From Lysobacterales bacterium (GTDB lineage Bacteria; Pseudomonadota; Gammaproteobacteria; Xanthomonadales; Marinicellaceae): a DNA stretch of 64,000 bases. The notes under the pieces were generated by a model that was not told where the DNA came from, did no database searches, and saw nothing but the letters and a program-made list of their open reading frames with translations. Both the position numbers and the translations under genes were made by a program. The stretch is from NCBI GenBank assembly GCA_026988115.1, contig JALSLV010000008.1, forward strand, positions 2,924 to 66,923, written 5' to 3'. This document shows positions 59,526 through 64,000 of this stretch, one piece after another (position 1 is the first letter of the stretch; each line of letters begins with the position of its first letter).

Positions 59526-60602
59526 TTATGTTAAAATATCTTCAATTTCCTGTAATCCCTTTGCGTTTAAAGGGTAATAAAACTCCATTCCACCTGACTC
59601 ATCGCTGACTTGATAAAACAATACACCCAAATGCGGGTGTTCATTTTTATCTACCGTTTGTTTTTGTTCCGTATTTAAGGGTTTTATAATTTCATGGTAA
59701 TAATCGCCACTGATTCGGTTTTCATCCAAGGTGGCAAAACAAATATGCTCCTCATCTGCTGGGTAAGTTTGTGTGGTTGGTGCAAATTGCCGCACATCCA
59801 ATCCGTGTTCGGCGAGTGTCGCGGTATATTGTCGTTGTACTTGGGTATAGTGTAAATATTTTTCTTGTGCGTCTTTGAGGTTTTTGCCAGGACCATGTGT
59901 ACTCCAAAAGACATAGGAGAAGAAAGGGCTAAAAACTATTTTTTTAGATAAATAAAATTCATTTAATTGCGAAGTGACAACCTTTTTTTCTGGATTGGCA
60001 TCAAATAAGGCCTGTTCCAAAACTTCCCACAATGGGTCAAATCCTGCCATTTGCAGATGATTATGCATCATAGCTGCCAAATCTAAAACCGTCATGAAAT
60101 TAACGTGCCTGACTTTTATACTAATAATTTCTTGCACTTTTTTGAGTAAGTCAACCGAACCCATGCCTTTGTGCATCAGTTGTTTTTCAAATATTTCTTT
60201 GGTTTCATCGTTGTCACTTAAGATAACAAAAGGCAGTAACAACAATGGTGTTAATTGCACCCCTTTGTTTTGTTTCAAACCTTCTGGAATTTCTCCTTCA
60301 CTATTGGCACCAATAACAAGCTGGTTGCGGCGATTATTTTCGCCTTTGAGTGCCGCATTGGCGTATTGCCTTAATTGCGAATGAATTGGAAATCCTGACT
60401 GCAGTAATTCACTGCTTTGGTATAAAGCACCAACAATGGCATAGGAGGTATCATCTAGCTGCGGCAATATAGTGGCGAGTTCTTTGCTAATTTGTTGATT
60501 CAGTATTTTTATTTCATCTTGTGATAGCAGCAGTTTTGGTTGAGAACTGTTATCTAAAAAGGCTTCTATGGTGAGCATGCCTTGTAAGCATCTTGTTGTC
60601 AT
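59526..60602 (-). CDS. conserved hypothetical protein
   Basis: 358-aa ORF whose stop lies 1 nt before the engB start region. I recognise no motif. Confidence 0.5.
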   Translation of the reverse strand: MTTRCLQGMLTIEAFLDNSSQPKLLLSQDEIKILNQQISKELATILPQLDDTSYAIVGALYQSSELLQSGFPIHSQLRQYANAALKGENNRRNQLVIGANSEGEIPEGLKQNKGVQLTPLLLLPFVILSDNDETKEIFEKQLMHKGMGSVDLLKKVQEIISIKVRHVNFMTVLDLAAMMHNHLQMAGFDPLWEVLEQALFDANPEKKVVTSQLNEFYLSKKIVFSPFFSYVFWSTHGPGKNLKDAQEKYLHYTQVQRQYTATLAEHGLDVRQFAPTTQTYPADEEHICFATLDENRISGDYYHEIIKPLNTEQKQTVDKNEHPHLGVLFYQVSDESGGMEFYYPLNAKGLQEIEDILT

Positions 60603-60603
60603 T

Positions 60604-61230
60604 TTATTCTTCTTCGTTTAAGTTTAATACGCTTGGATCGTTATACCACGACATCAAGGTGCTTGAGAGTTCGGCAACGCCTTCTTTTTTAAGCCCAGAG
60701 AACATTTGAATAGTCGATGTGCGTGAGATGGTTTGCATTTTTTCCTTAACTTCAAGCATAACTGACTTGGCTTTGCCTGCTTTAAATTTATCTGATTTAT
60801 TCAACAACACATGAGAATACAAACCCGATTGATCTGCCCAATGCAAAAACTGTTGGTCAAACTCTTTTAAAGGATGGCGAATATCCATTACGATAACCAC
60901 ACCGATTAGACTCTTGCGTTGTTGCAAATAAAGATTAATCTCGTGCTGCCAATGGGCTTTGACTTTTTTGGGCACTTTTGCATAACCATAACCTGGCAAA
61001 TCGACCAATCGACGGTCATCACCCAAGTCAAAACAATTCAATAATTGTGTTCGACCAGGGGTTTTACTGACTTTTGCTAATTTTTTATTACCAACCAAAG
61101 TGTTAAGTGTGGTTGATTTTCCTGCATTGGAGCGACCAGCAATGGCGATTTCTAGCCCTACATCATCAGGTAATTGCGATACTTTATAGGCAGATGTCAA
61201 AAATTTTGTGTTGGTAAATATATTTTTCAT
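60604..61230 (-). CDS. engB: ribosome biogenesis GTP-binding protein YihA/EngB
   Basis: 208 aa with G1 GRSNAGKST, G3 DLPGYG and G4 NKSDK. Confidence 0.9.
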   Translation of the reverse strand: MKNIFTNTKFLTSAYKVSQLPDDVGLEIAIAGRSNAGKSTTLNTLVGNKKLAKVSKTPGRTQLLNCFDLGDDRRLVDLPGYGYAKVPKKVKAHWQHEINLYLQQRKSLIGVVIVMDIRHPLKEFDQQFLHWADQSGLYSHVLLNKSDKFKAGKAKSVMLEVKEKMQTISRTSTIQMFSGLKKEGVAELSSTLMSWYNDPSVLNLNEEE

Positions 61231-61317
61231 GGCGCTATTCTACCCTTAGAATGAAATAACATTCAATTTTTGCTAGAATTAGCTGTCCAATAATCCAACT
61301 TAGCTAATATATTGTTA

Positions 61318-62043
61318 ATGCATCGTACAATTTACCTCACATTTCTTTTGCTTTTGAGCTCTATCGTTGCTCACGGGCAATTACTTGACTCTGAAAAGGT
61401 TAAAAAACATTTTGACAATGTTTTTACCCAAGGACTTATTATTGAAGACAATATCGTTTGGGAAAGCAGTGGTTTATACGGAGAATCCCTGTTAACTAAA
61501 TGGGATTTGAATACTGGTAAAATCATAAAACAACGTAAAATTGATGACAAGTATTTTGCCGAAGGTTTAACCGAACATAACGGTAAATTGTATCTGATTA
61601 CGTGGCGAGAAAAAACTGCTTTTGAAATTGACAAAGAAACCTTAGAAACCCTTCGCACCTTTAACTACCAAGGCGAAGGCTGGGGCTTAACCTCGGATGG
61701 TCACTACATAATAATGTCAAATGGCACCGATTTAATTCAATTTAAAGATGCTGAGAATTTCAAAAACAAAAAAACAATTAAAGTTCACATCAATGGCAAA
61801 CCTTTGATGTACCTCAATGAATTAGAATATATTGATGGTTTCATTTGGGCCAATGTTTGGCAAACCGATTATATTGTAGTGATTGACCCCAACACTGGCG
61901 CGGTGGTGAAAAATTACCACTTACCGAACCTGCTAAAAAACTACATGCGCAAACCCGGCGTGCTAAATGGCATTGCCTACGATAAAGTCACTAAAAAAAT
62001 CTGGGTAACAGGCAAAAAATGGCCAAGTTTGTTTGAGCTTTGA
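61318..62043 (+). CDS. glutaminyl-peptide cyclotransferase (beta-propeller type)
   Basis: The ORF starts at TTG 61312, but I prefer the ATG at 61318. It has a signal peptide. It also has FTQGL...ESSGLYGES...FAEGLT...LITWRE and LNELEYIDG..WANVW patterns. Confidence 0.75.
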   Translation: MHRTIYLTFLLLLSSIVAHGQLLDSEKVKKHFDNVFTQGLIIEDNIVWESSGLYGESLLTKWDLNTGKIIKQRKIDDKYFAEGLTEHNGKLYLITWREKTAFEIDKETLETLRTFNYQGEGWGLTSDGHYIIMSNGTDLIQFKDAENFKNKKTIKVHINGKPLMYLNELEYIDGFIWANVWQTDYIVVIDPNTGAVVKNYHLPNLLKNYMRKPGVLNGIAYDKVTKKIWVTGKKWPSLFEL

Positions 62044-62240
62044 GTTTTAAGTTGGTTGTATTCACGAGGATAGTAAAGTTCTGATGTGCATGTTATTTTT
62101 TCATGCACAAGTTATCTTTTTCGTATTATATCGCGGGGTTAATAAGGTATTGAATTTTTGTCATTACGAGCGTAGCGAAATAATTTTCTGGACAGAACTT
62201 CAACTTCTTGAAAGTGAAAGTCCAAAAAGTATTCTTGTCT

Positions 62241-62322
62241 TTGCGAGGGAGGAACGACCGCGGCAATCTGTTGGATTTTTCGTAATGTCTGCTAGATTGC
62301 CACGTTGCAGAGCTCCTCGCAA
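62241..62322. repeat. long palindromic intergenic element (TTGCGAGG...GGCAATCT / AGATTGCC...CCTCGCAA type)
   Basis: The left arm is TTGCGAGGGAGGAACGACCGCGGCAATCT. The right arm is AGATTGCCACGTTGCAGAGCTCCTCGCAA. A related half unit, GTCATTACGAGCGTAGCGAAATAATTTTCTGG, sits at 62160-62191. A degenerate copy, TGTCATTCCGAGAACTTTCTGAC, sits at 50821-50843. Confidence 0.6.
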
Positions 62323-62349
62323 TGACGCGTTTATCTTGATGAGTGTGTT

Positions 62350-64000
62350 TTATTGTGCTAGTTGTTGGTATTCTTCAAGTTTAATCTGGTCTTGTGTGGT
62401 CCAAAACTCATTGGCTTTGCTTTTTAAGTCGGACATCATGACGTAGGCGTTGATGTAGTCTTTGTTGTAAGCTAAGAGTTGCGCTTTGTATTTATGGATT
62501 GGGTATTTGAAGACAGTGAGCTCATCGAGATAATTGAGGTTTTTTTGGTATTCTTTTTTGTCGATTTCCCACAATATGTCCAGCAATGGATAACCTGCAT
62601 AATAAAAGGCATCTTGCAGTTGATTGGCTTGAATATATTCGCTAATTAATTGGCGGTATATTTCTGCAGCTTGGATGTTTTTATTTTCTTTTCTTAATAC
62701 AGTGGCATTAATCATGCGCATTTCTTTTTCGAAAAACGATTGAATGTTTGGGTTAGTTTTTAGGTGCGCTTTTATCTTTTCTCGGGTGATTTCTGGTTGC
62801 TCAGTCAAGGCGGAAACAAAAAGATCATAAACGAGAATTAGGTCTTCAAAAATAGGAGGATAACCTTGTTTTTCACTCTTTAGAATAGCCAACATTTGCC
62901 TAACATTATTTTTGGCAGCTGCGTAGTCTTTGTGAATTTCATTCAACTCAAGGCGCAGTGAAAGAGCGACTATTTTTGATTCTAGACTGGAGCTTTGTTG
63001 GTTTAGCGCTTCAAGTTTTGTAATGGTTTCTAAAGCTTGTTTGCGCAGACCGTGGTAAATTAGGTTTTCTACTTTGTATTGCAAGTAAATTTGTTGTTCA
63101 TCAATGCCGTCAATTTGTTCAAACAGACCTTCAACACTTTCTAAGCTTGTTAATGCTTTGCCCGTATTTCCCGTGTCTTTGTATATTCGTGCCAACAAAC
63201 TGGCACTAATAACCCTGCCTCGGCTATTGTTATCAATGGTGTAAAGTTCGTTGCTTTTATTAATGGCTTTGATGGCTTTTTTGACTTGTCCAAGTTGGTG
63301 GTATGCGCTGGCGAGGTTGTAATTGGCAAGTGCTAAAAGATACGTGTCTGGTTTGTGTTTTGTCAATAAAGTAATTTGGGTTTGCAATAATGAAATGGTT
63401 TTGTTGCTAATCTTTCCTTTTTTAAAATGTGATTGAGTCGCAATGGTTATGGCATCAATTAATGTGGAATAATCTTTTTGAGATTTTGATAACGAAATGG
63501 CCTTCTCCAATAACTCTTGTGCCTCATCCAGTTTATTCATGCCAGTAAGAAAACTCGCTTTGAGTACTAACATTTTATTGCTTAATTTAGGGTTGAAATC
63601 CTTTTGTTTTATAACGGTTTCTATCAAAGCAAGGGCTTTTTCGTTATTTCCTAACCTTGCTTCAGTTTCTGCCAGTGCCGTCAAGGCGGGAAAGAAACTT
63701 GGGTCTTGGTTGTAAGCTGTTTCAAATAATTGAGAAGCTTTCTTGTAGCTGTTATGGATAGCAGTTTCACGTCCTCTTAGGTAGCTTTCTAGCACGAAGT
63801 CTGTTGTTTTGTAGTTAAACACCGTGCCCTTTGCTATTTTTGCTTTGATAGAGAGTTGATTAACAACCCATGCATCTATTTTATCAAACAAGCTATTGAG
63901 TCCTTGAGCCTCGATAGAAGCTTTGGCTTGTAGGCTGTCGTGATTTCGAAGTTCAAGGCTAGCGCTGTAGGTTTTATTTGTTTTTAGGTTGTGTATAGAC
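62350..64000 (-). CDS. TPR-repeat protein, N-terminus beyond the window edge
   Basis: The track ORF 62350..63891 starts at a TTG. The same frame stays open upstream all the way to position 64000, so the gene probably continues outside the window. Its A/L/Y/K-rich 34-aa repeats (e.g. AL..YE.AI.L.P) are typical of TPR proteins. Confidence 0.7.
   Translation of the reverse strand, partial: SIHNLKTNKTYSASLELRNHDSLQAKASIEAQGLNSLFDKIDAWVVNQLSIKAKIAKGTVFNYKTTDFVLESYLRGRETAIHNSYKKASQLFETAYNQDPSFFPALTALAETEARLGNNEKALALIETVIKQKDFNPKLSNKMLVLKASFLTGMNKLDEAQELLEKAISLSKSQKDYSTLIDAITIATQSHFKKGKISNKTISLLQTQITLLTKHKPDTYLLALANYNLASAYHQLGQVKKAIKAINKSNELYTIDNNSRGRVISASLLARIYKDTGNTGKALTSLESVEGLFEQIDGIDEQQIYLQYKVENLIYHGLRKQALETITKLEALNQQSSSLESKIVALSLRLELNEIHKDYAAAKNNVRQMLAILKSEKQGYPPIFEDLILVYDLFVSALTEQPEITREKIKAHLKTNPNIQSFFEKEMRMINATVLRKENKNIQAAEIYRQLISEYIQANQLQDAFYYAGYPLLDILWEIDKKEYQKNLNYLDELTVFKYPIHKYKAQLLAYNKDYINAYVMMSDLKSKANEFWTTQDQIKLEEYQQLAQ

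Noticed and set aside
62084-62446. 120-aa plus-strand ORF
   Set aside because: It is encoded by the palindromic CATTRCGAG/GCAATCT element and then runs antisense into the 3' end of the TPR gene. It has the typical look of a translated repeat.

Overview
AT-rich bacterial chromosomal segment with a gammaproteobacterial gene repertoire. A Tat-signal SoxB-like thiosulfohydrolase suggests a sulfur oxidiser, but the taxon is inference only. Most of the window is ordinary core genome. It holds a hydrolase plus NatAB-like ABC exporter, modABC, an fpr-like reductase, a PhoU-like/PiT pair, sixA, acs, soxB and pdxJ. It also holds dgkA, gcvPB, a TonB-dependent receptor, a hybrid sensor kinase, pilT/pilU, a Kv-type K+ channel, prolyl oligopeptidase and ppx. 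A complete atpIBEFHAGDC operon, engB and a glutaminyl cyclase follow. No rRNA, tRNA, CRISPR array, transposase or integrase was recognised. The standout is an accessory, visibly more AT-rich island at about 42.1-52.1 kb, between a Sel1-repeat gene and the atp operon. It contains an orphan 215-aa gene. It contains a type II R-M pair: an HTH-fused C5 methyltransferase convergent with a small PD-(D/E)xK-like ORF. It contains an AAA+/DUF4143-type ATPase. It also contains a tightly packed four-gene operon (44976-50539, minus strand) that I cannot assign to a named system. That operon encodes a second C5 methyltransferase and a 965-aa protein with an N-terminal Bergerat (GHKL) ATPase plus a C-terminal histidine-kinase-like module. 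It also encodes a receiver-like 188-aa protein and a 338-aa protein with no recognisable motif. I read it as a candidate methylation-linked, phosphorelay-gated defence system. Secondary observations follow. There are several families of intergenic palindromic or MITE-like repeats, including an approximately 800-bp TIR-bounded element that supplies the stop codon of a dehydratase gene. Two sites show duplicated flanks around small insertions. A methyltransferase gene is interrupted by one in-frame TAA. A rhomboid homologue lacks the catalytic His. A ParDE-like toxin-antitoxin pair sits next to ppx. There are candidate Pho-box and mod-operator sites. All coordinates and motifs were read by eye. 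No database search or statistics were run.
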